Below, piece after piece: positions 26,850 to 40,409 of a stretch of DNA of 64,000 bases. Source of the DNA: the human T2T-CHM13v2.0 reference genome, Homo sapiens; NCBI RefSeq assembly GCF_009914755.1, contig NC_060925.1, one strand, 5' to 3'. The notes beneath the pieces are model-generated. The model did no database searches, was not told the DNA's origin, and saw nothing but the letters and a program-made list of their open reading frames with translations. A program made the position numbers and the translations under genes. Within the stretch, counting starts at the first letter, position 1. Each line of letters starts with the position of its first letter.

Positions 26850-29800
26850 TTTCAGGCACCCAACGTGGGGCTATGAAGACCATGGTAAAGAAATGCTAGA
26901 GTATATGGAAATGAAGGACATATCATCAAAGGACACCCGAGGATGGCTGAAAGAAGCTTGGTGGGTAAGCTGGGCACTCTGAAGAACCAAGGTAACAATG
27001 GGACAAAATGAAAGTAAACATTCTGCTTGTTTAAACTTTCTAAGGCATTTATTATGGAGAGGGGGAGTGAAAGTTAGTACTCAGAATTTATTAACACTCT
27101 TTAGTACAGTGGAGCAGTTTTGCCTGTGGTTCCTAGAACAAGGGACAATGGAGTTCGATGAATGGGAAAGAATTGGCAGAGATCTAAAAAAGGTGCATAA
27201 AGAAGGAGCCAAAATTCCAGTTTCTTTTTGGTCAGTGTGGGCATTGATAAAGGCAGGTCTTGAGCCATTTCAAACAAATGATGAGGCAGATTCAGATAAG
27301 GAAGAGGAAAACGAGTGTAAAAAATTAACTTCAGATTCTGAATGTGGGGAACAGCAACCAGAGGAAATTAAAGAAAGGAAAACTAAAACAGATATATTTT
27401 AGTAGCCCGTTGGTTCCACCTGCTGAATTAAGTGAATGGCCACTTCCTTCCTCTCCCCCTAATGGTCGAGAAAATGAATTAGCTGCAAAACTTACTGCTC
27501 TGGTAGCTGCAACATTAAAACCTGGAGGAATTGGTGATGCTATACAAAATTCTATTCAGAAGGTTAGAGCTGAAGGAGACCTAGATGCATGGCAATTTCC
27601 CATTACTATAATCCAGCAAGGAGGACAGAATATAACTAATTGGACCACCTTTCCTTTTAAGTTGTTAAAGGAATTCAAGCAAGCCATTAGTCAATATGGG
27701 CCAAATTCTCCTTTTGTACAAACTTTACTAAAAAATGTGGCTCTTGATAATAGATTAATACCATATGACTGGGATACTTTAACAAAGTCTGTTCTCACTC
27801 CATCTCAGTACCTGCAGTTTAAAACCTGGTGGGCTGATGAAGCTCAAACTCAGGCAAGAGAAAACACACAAACACAGCCACCTGTGCTTGTTTCCTTTGA
27901 ATGGTTAATGGAGTTGGGCCCTAATTGGGGATGATTAGACAATTAAGCAGTAATGGAGGATGTTGCCATCGGGATGTTCTGTCCGACAAGGACCTAAAGA
28001 ACCATATACTGACTTTATTGCTCAGCTCCAAGAGGCTGTGCGTAAAGCTGTAACTGATAAAACAGCTCAAGACATGGTAATACAACTTCTTGCATATGAT
28101 AATGCTAATGCAGAGTGTCAAGCTGCCATTAGACCTATGCAAGGGAAGCCTCATTTGGCTGAATATATTAAGGCTTGTGATGGCATTGCGGGTAATTTAC
28201 ATAAGGCTACTCTTTTAGCTCAAGCTATGGCTGGATTAAAGGTGGGAAAAAATATGCCCCATTTCTCAGGCTCTTGTTTTAATTGTGGGCAATTTGGACA
28301 CACAAAAAAAGGAATGTAGAAAAGGAAATCAAAAGGCAAAAACTATTACCATCAATCAACAGAAAAGTTCCGGTGTATGCCCCTGGTGTAAGAAAGGCAA
28401 TCACTGGGCAAATCAGTGTCATCCTAAATTTAGCAAAGATGGGCAACCTCTTTTGGGAAACGGGAAGAGGGGCCCACCTCGGGCCCCTCAACAAACTGAG
28501 GCATATCTGGCACAGCCAGTGCCCTTACAAAAGTACAACAATTGTATCCCACCACAGCAGGCAGTACTGTGTAGATCTTTGTAGCACAGTTCCCATTTCC
28601 TTACTTCCTGGGGAGCCACCAAAGAAGGTCCTCATGGGAGTTAGGGGCCCTTTACCCTCAGGAACAGTTGGTCTATTGCTTGGAAGGTCTAGTTTAAATT
28701 TAAGAAGTGTCACTGTACATACAGGAATAATTGATTCTGATTATACCTGAGAGATTCAGTTAGTTATTAGTTCCTCAATTCCATGGTCTGCTTCCCCAGG
28801 GGAAAGAATTGCTCAGTTGTTACTGTTACCTTATACAAAGCTAGGAAGTACTACAGTAAAAGGAACAGGAGGCTTTGGTAGTACTAACCCAGCAGGAAAA
28901 GCTATATATTGGGTTAATCAAGTGTCTGACAAAAGACCTATTTGTACAGTAACCATTCAAGGAAAAGATTTTGAGGGGCTAGTACATACTGGAGCTGATG
29001 TTTCTATTATTGGTTTAAATCAATGGCCCCAACATTGACCAAAACAAAAGGCATCCATTGGTATTGTTGGAGTAGGGGCTGCCTCAGAAATTTTTCAAAG
29101 TTCTTTAATTTTGCCATGCCAGGGGCCAGATGGCCAAGAAGGGACAATTCAACCTATTATTACACCTATTCCTGTAAATCTATGGGGTAGAAACTTATTA
29201 CAACAATGGGGTGCTGAAATATCTATTCCTATGGATCAGTATAGTGATAACAGTAATCAAATGATGAGAAAAATGGGATATCTCCCAGGGAAGGGACTGG
29301 GAAAAAATGAAAATGGCCAAACAGAACCTTTAGAACTAAAAGGGCAAACAGATACAACTGGATTAGGGTATCATTTTTAGGGGTGGCCATTGCTGAGCCT
29401 CCAGGTCCCATTCCTCTTGTTTGGTTAACTGCCAAACTGGTTTGGGTGGAGCAATGGCCGCTGAAACAGGAAAAACTGGAGGCTTTAAAAGAATTGATAC
29501 AGGAACAATTGCAAAAGGGACACATAGAGCCTGCTCTCTCCCCTTGGAATTCTCCTGTGTTTGTTATTAAGAAAAAATCAGGGGAATGGAGAATGTTAAT
29601 AGATTTGAGGACTGTCAATGCTGTAATTCAACCCATGGGTGCACTGCAACCAGGGCTGCCTTCTCCAACAATGATCCCAAAATACTGGCCTCTCATAGTG
29701 ACAGATTTAAAAGATCACTTCTTTACCATTCCTTTAGTTGCCCAAGATTATGAAAAATTTGCTTTTACTGTTCCTGCTATAAATAACAAAGAACCAGTGG

Positions 29801-32800
29801 ACAGATACCATTGGAAAGTACTGCCACAAGGCATGTTAAATAGCCCGACTATTTGTCAAACTTATGTTGGAAAAGCTATTAAGCCAGTTAGAGAACAATT
29901 TTAAAAATGTTATATCATACATTACATGGATAATATTTTATGTGCAGCTGAAACTAGAGAGGAGTTAATGCTATGTTACAAACAGTTAGAAAAGGCTGTG
30001 ACTGCAGCAGGGTTAATCATAGCCCCCGATAAAATTCAAACTTCTACTCCCTTTCAATATTTAGGAATGAAAGTAGAATAAAGTACTATTAAGCCTCAAA
30101 AAGTTCAAATTAGAAGGGATAATTTAAAAACTCTAAATGATTTTCAAAAATTATTAGAAGACATTAATTGGATTCATCCTACTTTAGGCATTCCTACTTA
30201 TGCTATGTCTCACCTCTTTTCTACCTTACGAGGTGATTCTGATCTTAACTGCAAATGGTCCCTGTCCAAAGAGGCATTAGAAGAACTTCAATTAATTGAA
30301 GAAAAAATTCAATAGGCACAAGTGACTCTAATTAACCCTATGCAGCCATTACAGTTTTTAGTTTTTCCTACTAAACATTCACCAACAGGTGTTATTGTTC
30401 AACAGGATGCTTTGGTGGAGTGGCTTTTTCTACCTCACAATACAACTAAAATGCTCACTCTGTACTTAAATTGCTGTACTAGTAGGACAAGCAAGGCTGC
30501 GCACAACAAAGTTAATGGGATATAATCCAAATAAAATTATAGTTCCATTAGACAAACAACAAATTCAGCAGGCTTATATTAATTCCCAGGAATGGCAAAT
30601 TAATATGGCAGGTTTTACTGGTGTTCTTGATAATCATTATCCTAAATCCAAAATATTCCAATTTCTTAAATTGACATCATGGATATTGCTTTCCATTACT
30701 CAAAAAACCCCTATTGAAAGGGCCATTACTGTTTTTACTGATGGATCTAGTAATGGAAAGGCCTCATTTGTGGGACCTCAACAAGTTTTTCAAACTGACT
30801 TTGCTTCTGCTCAAAGGGCTGAACTTATGGCTGTGATAACAGTGTTAAAAACTTTTAAATAGCCAGTAAACATTGTTTCTGGTTCAGCCTATGTAGTGCA
30901 AGCCACACAAAATATTGAACATGCCTTAATTCAAAATGTGACTAAAGACCAACTTAATGTTTTATTTCATTCTCTACAGCAAGCAGTACAACAAAGGCAT
31001 TCCCCTTTCTATGCACTCATATGAGAGCACATACTAACTTCCCTGGCCCTTTAACTAAATTTAATCAAAGGGCGGATAATTATATGGGGAAGAGGATTTT
31101 CTTGTGTCTCTCCAGGTAACAATCAGGCACCTGTGTGGGTGCCCACCAAACATCTGGAGATCTATCATGAGCCACACCAGGAAGAGAGGGCTCTGGGAAG
31201 AGCCAGAGCTCCTGATATGAGTGATGGTACAAATGAACATCTCAGAGACAAAGGAGAAGACCAATGGAGGTATACACTAATGATAGTTTTTGGATGCCTG
31301 GTTCTACTGATGATAGAGGCCCATCTCACCCCCAAGAGGAAGGAACAATTATGAACGTCTCATTGGGATTTAAGCATTTACCTATTTGGTTAGGAAAAGC
31401 TAATGGGTGTTCACCTCCCAGTCATCAATCTTGGCTGGCAATAGTGCCTGAACGTAACATCTCCATAGCACAATTACATATGCTTTCTGGTCTTAGTATT
31501 TATCACCATGATTATGCTTCTGTAACTGAAGTTTACCACCCTCAGAAACCTATCTGTAAAGTGGACTAGACATGGTCAGAAAAAATGAAGGCATTTGCTT
31601 GGGAAGATTGTGTCACATGGAAAGCAGAGGTGTTGCATAATGATTCATATGGAGTCATTATTGATTGGTCCCCTAAAGGGGCATTTATGAGGCTCACCTC
31701 TCAATCTGTAAGTAATGGTCACCCTGCATCTAAACAAAATAATCAGATGGTGGACACTATAAGAAGTACAGCAAGAGATCCTATTATTTGGGCATGTGGT
31801 GGTATAGTGGTACCTCAGCCCCAAACGATATGGCCTGCTGTAGGGGCAAAACATAAGGAATTATGGAAAATATTAACAGCACTAAAAAATGATAAAGATT
31901 TGGAAAGGGAAATATACTAAGCCAACCCAATATAATCCTAATTACATGTTAAAATTGGCTCACAATGATTCAGTCTGGATACAGAGTTGTGTCCATCACC
32001 TTTCCTGTTTGTAGTGGGTGATTTAAAACTTGATCTCTTTAATCATCATGTGACTTGTCAATAATGTAGATTGTCTTCTTGTGTGAATTCTTCCTTATAT
32101 AACACTGATCATTCTATTTTAATGGTAAGAGCCCAAGAAGGAGTATGGATACCTGAGAAGCTTTCCCATCCCTGGGAAGCCTCTCCTTCTGTGCATATTA
32201 TTACTGAAATTCTTCAAAAGATTTTGAGGCACTCACGGCATTTCATTGCTACTTTAATTTTCATTATTATGGGATTGATTGCTGTCACAGCTACTGCTGC
32301 AGTAGCTGGAGTTGCTTTGCATTCCACAGTACAAACAGCAGACTATGTAAATAATTGGTAGAAAAATTCTACTCTGCTGTGGAATTACCAAAATAATATA
32401 GACCAGAAACTAGCTGATCAAATTAATGATCTCCAACAAACTGTAATGTGGCTAGGAGATCATATAGTTAGTTTAGAATATAGAATGCAGTTACAATGTG
32501 ATTGAAATACCTCTGATTTTTGCATTACTCCTCATCTGTGTAATGAAACAGAGCATGAGTGGGAAAAAGTTAAGAGATATTTAAAAGGTCATACTAGAAA
32601 TTTATCTTTGGATATTGCAAAGCTAAAGGAACAAGTATTTCAAGCCTCTCAGATACATCTGACACTAATGCCAGGAACTGAAGTGCTTGAAGGAGCTACA
32701 GACGGATTAGCAGCTATTAACCTGCTAAAATGGATCAAGACACTTGGAGGCTCTGTGATTTCAATGATTGTGCTTTTAATCTGTGTTGTTTGTCTTTATA

Positions 32801-32905
32801 TAGTCTGTAGATGCGGAAGCCACCTCTGGAGAGAAAGCCACCACTGAGAGCAAGCAATGATAGCTGTGGCGGTTTTGCAAAAAAGAAAAGGGAGACAAGC
32901 GCCCA
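26850..32905 (+). mobile_element. HERV-K(HML-1)/HERVK14-like internal region: defective gag, dUTPase-pro, pol (integrase largely deleted), env; no 3' LTR
   Basis: Gag MGQNESKHS..., two CCHC knuckles, dUTPase GRSSLN...GIIDSDY, protease [22 protein letters not shown]...LPQGMLNSP, RNase H FTDGSS, env [20 protein letters not shown] aaaagaaaagggaga. Confidence 0.85.
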
Positions 32906-33960
32906 GCTATAGTTACCAATAAAGCATGGTACTGGTATTAAAATAGGCATGTGTTCTGTTCCAATGGAACAGAATAGAGAACCCAGAAACAAAGCCAAAT
33001 ATTTACAGCCAACTGATCTCTGACAAAGCAAACAAAAACATAAAGTGGGGAAAGGACACCCTATTCCACAAATAGTGCAGGGATAATTGGCAAGCCACAT
33101 GTAGAAAAATGAAGCTGGATCCTCGTCTCTCACTTTATACAAAAATCAACTCAAAATGGGTCAAAGTCTTAACTCTAAGACCTGAAACCATAACAATTCT
33201 AGAAAATAACATTGGAAAAACTCTTCTAGACATTGGTTTAGGCAAAAAGTTCATGACCAAGAACCCAAAAGCAAATGCAATAAAAAGGAAGATAAATAGA
33301 TGGGACCTAATTAAGCTGAAAAGCTTCTGCATAGCAAAAGAAATAATCAGCAGAGCAAACAGACAACCCACAGGGTGGGAGAAAATATTTGCAAGCTATG
33401 TATCTGACAATGGACTAATATCCAGAATCTACAAGGAATTCAAACAATTAGCAAGAAAAAACACTTGTATTGTGTTTGTTCTGTAAATCAGCAAGAAAAA
33501 AATCACATAATTTCATTAAAAAGTGGGTAAAGGACATGAACAGACAATTCATAAGAAGATATACAAGTGGCCAACAAACATATGAGAAAATGCTCAACAT
33601 CACTAATTATTAGGGAAATGCAAATCTAAACCACAAGGAGATACTATTTTACTTTTGCAAGAATGGCCATAATTTAAAAACACAGATGTTGGCATGGATG
33701 TGGTGAAAAGGGATCACTTTTATATGGCTGGTAGGAATGTAAACTAGTTCAACCACTATGGAAATCAGTATGGAGATTACTTAAAGAATGAAAAGTAGAT
33801 CTACCATTCTATCCAGCAATCCCACTCCTGGGTATCTACCCAGAGGAAAATAAGTCATTATATGAAAAAGGCATTTGCACACGCATGTTTATAGTGGCAC
33901 AATTCGCAATTGCAAAAATATGGAACCAGTCTAAATGCCCATCAAGCAATGAGTGGATAA

Positions 33961-34503
<543 letters not shown>

Positions 34504-34557
34504 TGAAACTATATAACGCGTTATTGTTAACTATAGTCTTCCTACAGTGCTATAGAA

Positions 34558-34870
34558 CAGTGGTCTCCAACCTTGTTGGCACCAGGGACCAGTCTGGTGG
34601 AAGACAAAAATGGGTGGGGGAGGGGGAATGGTTTCGGGGTGAAACGGTTTCACCTTAGATCATCAGTTAGATTCTTACAAGCAGCATGCAACCTAGATCT
34701 CTTGCATGCACAGTTCACTATAGGGTTCGCACTCCTACGAGAATCTCATGACCCCACTGATCTGACAGGGGGCTGCTCACTCACCTGCTGCTCACCTCCT
34801 GCTGTGTGGTCTGGTTCCTAACAGGCCACATACCAGTACCAGTCTGTGGCCCAGGGGTTGGGGATCCTTG
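34558..34870 (+). mobile_element. MER1B-like hAT-Charlie DNA transposon
   Basis: TIRs cagtggtctccaacc / ggttggggatccttg and recalled MER1 internal sequence. Confidence 0.85.
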
Positions 34871-36425
34871 GTATCAAATACTAGTACTTTTTCCTCTTAT
34901 CTAGCCATAATTTTGCTTTCCAAAAGTTTTTATTTTATTTTATTTTTTATTGATATAAGATATTTTACATATTTTTGGTGCACTTTTTAAAATTTTTTAT
35001 TTTGCAGTTGCAAGATTTAATAGAGTGAAAACAGAGCTCCCATACAAAAGGAGGGGACCCAAAGGGGGTTGCCCACTCCTGGCTCGAATACCTGGGGTTT
35101 ATATCCAAATCATTTTTGCTCCCCCTGTGCTCTCAGATGATAGATGATTTGACTATTTCTTTACCTCCTGCTTTTAGTCTAATTTGTATTTTAGTGAGCC
35201 CTCTTTACTACCTGATTGGTCGGGTGTGAGCTGAGTTACAAGCCCAGTGCTTAAAGGTGGGTGTGATCACCTTCTCCAGCTAGGCTTAGGAATTCTTAGT
35301 TGGCCTAGGAAGTCCAGCTAGTCCTGTCTCTCAGTCCCCCTCTCAACAGGAAAACCCAAGTGCTGTTGGGGAGGTTGGCTGATGACTGCTCTGCTTCCTG
35401 CTGAATTTGGGTGTAGTAGGGGTCGTGCAGTTGAGAGTTCCTCAGGAGGGGTGCCTTTGATGTCATCAACATCGGAGCATGGGCTAGTAGGCTGGTCCAG
35501 GGGTCTGCAGTAGATCTTAGTCATGGACTGTATCTGGGGCTCCATTTGAAGAACCATTTGTAGTTTTACAGCTTCGATTCTGGAAGAGACAAACTTAACA
35601 AGGAGGTTAAAGATACACGGATTGAAATGTATGGCCTGAAGTGCAGGGGCATATGGGTGTGGGTGGTGAAAGTGGGGTTTCCTTTAGAAAAACTCCTATA
35701 CAATGGGGCATCAATATTTCCGGGAAGCCGCATTCTCCATAGAAGCTCTTGGTAAGGGGAACTACTGGTAGTACAGCGGCATAGAGGAGGTGCAGTGAGC
35801 ATGAAAGAGGGTAAGAGAACAGTAAAAAGAAAAATATGACAAGGGAGGGTCATGGGGATCTATGATTCTAGTTACTTTCCTCACGGTTGTTGCTTGAAGA
35901 GCAGGCGCAGATCCTCTAGAGGTTCACAAGAATAGCTAGCATTGTCTCCTGGATTTTCAGGTTCCTTTGGCAGTATCCAGGGTTTGACTCAAGTGTGATG
36001 TATCCAAGACTCCACTCCAACCACTTTAACTGTGGTTGGGGTAGATAAAATGACTGGGTAGTGTCCATCCCAGGATGTGTCTAGGGATGGGGAATTAGAA
36101 GGAAGGGACTTGACTAATACCATGTCACCGGGGTGGAATAATTCCTTTCCCTCCTCTCGGGGACAGGTTCCCTGTAGTGTTTTAAGAACTTGTTGATATT
36201 TGGCTAAGGAGGTGATGTCTGCAACTAAGTTGGCAGTCTCTCGGTAAAGCACAAGGTCATTGGTTAGGAAGGGCTGTCCATACAACATCTCGTATGGGCT
36301 AAGTCCTGCTTTCTGGGGAAAGTTTCGGATTCTTAGTAAGGCTATAGGCAACACAGCAGGCCATGCAAGGTGGGTTTGTTGGGTTAGCGTTTTTAGATGT
36401 CATTTGAGTGTTTCATTCATTTTCT

Positions 36426-36598
36426 TTTTTTTCTGTTTTTTTTTTATATTTTTTTATGTTTTATTTTTATTTTTTTAAATTTTATTATTATTATACTTTA
36501 AGTTTTAGGGTACATGTGCATAATGTGCAGGTTAGTTACATATGTATACATGTGCCATGCTGGTGTGCTGCACCCATTAACTCATCATTTAGCATTAG
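36426..36598 (-). mobile_element. Young L1PA2/3-like 3' fragment inside the HERV-W integrase
   Basis: L1PA 3' UTR end with poly(A); perfect 16 bp TSD gtttcattcattttct (36410-36425, 36599-36614). Confidence 0.9.
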
Positions 36599-39500
36599 GT
36601 TTCATTCATTTTCTCAACTTTTCCTGAGGATCGTGGCCTCCAGTCATAGTGTAAGTGATATTGTATGCCTAACACCTGGGATACTCCCTGGGTTACTGTA
36701 GCCTTGAAAGCAGGGCCATTGTCACTCTGTAAGCCTCGGGGAAGTCTGAATCTGGGAATTATTTCATGAACTAGTGCCTTCATTACCTCTTGAGTCTTTT
36801 CTGTTCTACAAGGAAAAGCGTCCACCCAACCAGTGAAGGTGTCTACCCAGACTAGTAGATACTGAAATCCCTGAGATTTGGGCATGTGGGTAAAATCTAG
36901 TTGCCAGTCTTCTCTTGGGTAATGGCCTGCTATTTGTTCTCCTGAAGGAGCTTGGTGATAAGGCAGGGAACACTTCACAGACCCTGACTATCTGCTTGAT
37001 AGTTTTGAAAAGGCCTGGTCCAGTAAATAATGATTTGGCCATCTGATGGGTGCTATCAATGCCTAAGTGAAAGGTCTCATGAAGCATTTTAAGTAATTTC
37101 CATTGGTTAGCTGCAGGCAAAAGTATTTTTCCTTCTTCGGTGGCTAGCCATCCTGAGGGGAGGAAACTATGTTTTCGTGAGTTTCCCCATTCTATTTCTT
37201 CTGCTGAGTACTGGGGCTTGGTTTCCTGGAGGGGATTACCCTATACTAGGGGTCCTTCTATAAGCATTTCTAATGGAGGATCCCACCTTGTGGCTCTTTT
37301 GGCTTCAATATCCGCTTGGCAGTTCCCTTCTGTTTCCCTTTCCTTTCCTTTCTGATGACCCCGGCAGTGTAAGACTGCCACCTCTTTAGGTTTCTGTACA
37401 GCCAATACTAATCTCCTAATGACTTCCTGATGTTTGATAGGTGTTCCCTTGGAAGTTAGGAATTCCCTTTGTCTCCATATTGCTGCATGGGCATGGAGGA
37501 CTAGGTAAGCATACTTAGACTCTATGTATATATTTACCCCTTTTCCTTCTCTTAATTCTAATGTATAATGGCCACTGCTTTTGCTAGGATATCTCTCCCT
37601 AACAAAGGAGTGGGGCTTTCAGGCAAAATTAGAAAGGCATAAGAAAAAAGTAAAGTTCCCCAGTCACGACTTAGTGTCTGGGAGAAGTATTTAGTGACTG
37701 CCTGTTCTAGGACCCCTCAGATAGTGACAGATCTGGAGGACAGTTGTCTGGGACAGAAGAGTAAGACTGAGAAGGCTGCACCAGTGTCCAAGAGACAGTT
37801 AACCCCCTGGCCCTCAATGGTCAAGCATACCCAGGGCTCTGTGATGGTGATAGCATGGGCTGGTGCTTGCCCTGGGCACCCTCAGTCCTGCTGCTGGATC
37901 ATCTGGTGAGTGGCTTCTGACTCAGAGGACCTTGGTCCCTTGGGGCAGTGGGTCTTCCAGTGATTCCCTTGACATAAGGGGCATGGACAAAGGGGTGGCT
38001 TATTTCTATTCAGACAATCTATTTAAAAGTGTCCTTGTAGACCGCACTGGAAGCAAGCCCTATTAGGCATTCAATTTGCCCAGACTTTCCCTTTTTCAGA
38101 GCCTCCAAAGTCTGCTTGCCTGAGGGCCCTGACTAAAGCCATGGCCTTTTTTTTTTGTCCCATTTGTCCCATTCCACCTGCTCCTCCTGATCTCTATTAT
38201 AAAAAACCGAGTTTGCCAAGTTCATTAGGGTTTTTAAGTTTTGCTCCAGGCCTAAAGTGGACTTTTGAAGTTTTTTCTAATGTCTGCAACTGACTGAGTG
38301 ATAAACTTATCTTTTAAGATTAGCTGGCCTTCAATAGAGTCAGGTGACAGAGGGTATGATTCCTCAATACCTTCCTGAGTCTCTCCAGAAAGGCGGTAGG
38401 ATTTTCTTCCTTTCCCAGTGTTATAGTGGACATCACTGAATAATTTATAGTCTTCTTCCTAGTTTTCCTTAGTCCTTCTAGCAGACAAGTTAGCAAATGT
38501 CTGCAGCACCAATCTCCATGTTCTGATTCTGCGTCCCAATGAGGGTCTACACTGGGAACTGCCTGCTGGCCTGTAGGGAATTGTTCTCTTTCTTCTGTTG
38601 TCATCCTATTATTGACCTGACTGAGATACCAGAGATTGCCAAACTCTGGAGTTGCAGTTATGGTGGCAATTCTCTCATTTGGGGTTAGTGTCTGATCTAG
38701 CAGTAACATTATATATATATCTCTCCATGTCAGATCAAAGGGTTGTCTTAATCCTTGTGAAACATCAATATAGCCATCAGGGTTATCTGAGAATTTACCT
38801 AGGTCTATTTTAATTTGCTTCAAGTCTGAGAGGGAAAAAGGTACATACACTCTGACTGGGCCAAATTCTCCAGAATACATCTTAGGTGCATTTTTGCCGT
38901 GTGGGGAACATTTCCCACCTGAAAAAAGAACATAGGGATGCCAGCACCCCTAGTCATTTTCCAATGAGCATTTGTCTGAGAGCATCCTCTAAGGCCCTAA
39001 TGCTTATTCCTTTCCAGGGTGCATAACCACCCGTGGACCTCTGCTTATCAGATTAGTTATGCTCACTGATGTAGCAGCCCTACACCTGTTTTCCTGCCTT
39101 TCTTGACCACAAAGAAAGAGGTCTGGGCTGCTGGATTCTAGTGGCCCTTTACCAGTGTGCCCAACATTGCCTTTATGCTCAGGGGTGAGTTCTAGAGCTG
39201 GGCTGGGTTCCTATTTCCTAACAACCCAGCTGCCCCATCAAGAGGCATTCCCATAAACAACAGTTCTTATGCAAATTTGTTTCAGAGCGGGTGTAGGTAA
39301 CCTTTTGAGTCAAGATTGAGATAGAGTTTTTTGATTCTGTAAGTACTTTAAGGCTTGGCTGAGTTCAAACAGCTCACATGTTTGAGCAGACCAATTATTA
39401 GGCAATTTTCCTAACTCTGCTTCTACAAGAGTTTCCCTATCAATTACTGAATACCCACTGTGCGTGTGTGTTTTTTTTTCAATCACCCGGGAGGAACCAT

Positions 39501-40409
39501 CTATCCTCTTGTCCTGAAGGGAGTTCCTCCTAGGTCTGGTCGGACCTTTGTATGGTAATTAAGATTTAAATCCCCCGTTAGGAAACCCGCTGGGTTAAGG
39601 AAATTTTCAGTGGTTAATGTTAAGTCATCTTTTTCTAACAGAATAGCCCTATACTTTAAGATTTTTGAGTTAGTAAGCTACCTTTCTGCTTTTTTTACTT
39701 AGGATAGTTCTGAACTGGTGAGGTGTGCTCACAGTGAGGTTTCCTCTAAAAGCATTTTTCTGCTTTCTTCTGTTAGCAAAGCAGTAGCGGCTACTGATTG
39801 AATGCATTTGGGCCATCCGCAGGTTACTGGGTTAAAGGATTTTTGATAGGAAGACTACAGGTTGTCAGTGGTCTCAGTGTTTTCGGGCTACACCCTTGTT
39901 TACACTGACAAGTTGGTATTGGAGTGTTATAGGGTCCTGGAGAAGACCTTCAATGATCAATTATAGGTTTTAAATTTACCCTGGCTTTTAAAGCAATAGG
40001 GTACACTGTTTTTTCTTTACTTGTATATCTCTTTCTCTCTCTCTTTGACTTTCTGTCTCTCTCTTTCTCTCTCTGACTCCCTCTTTGTCTCTGTCTCTCT
40101 CTCTCTCCTCTCTTTGACTCCCTCTTTGTCTCTCTGTCTCTTCCTCTCTCTCTCTTTCTCTTTTTATAGATGGGTTTTGGGAACACAGCAGAAGAACGTT
40201 CACTCATTACCCCCATTTGCCACTATAGGAATATGTGCCTCCCTTTTATTTACTCCATTTGCTTTCATCCTGATCTGTTGTCATAGACCCAGTTCCAGTT
40301 GTTAAAGTACTGGGTCATCAGTTCTAAGGCCCTGGACAAGGAGCCAAGGCCTGGAGATTGCCTGTTCTAAGACCCCTCAGATAGTGACATAGTGACTCAA
40401 AGCTAAGTT

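Noticed and set aside
39950-40305. Arg/Glu-rich ORFs over an AG-rich tract
   Set aside because: This is the AG-rich leader segment characteristic of HERV-W.
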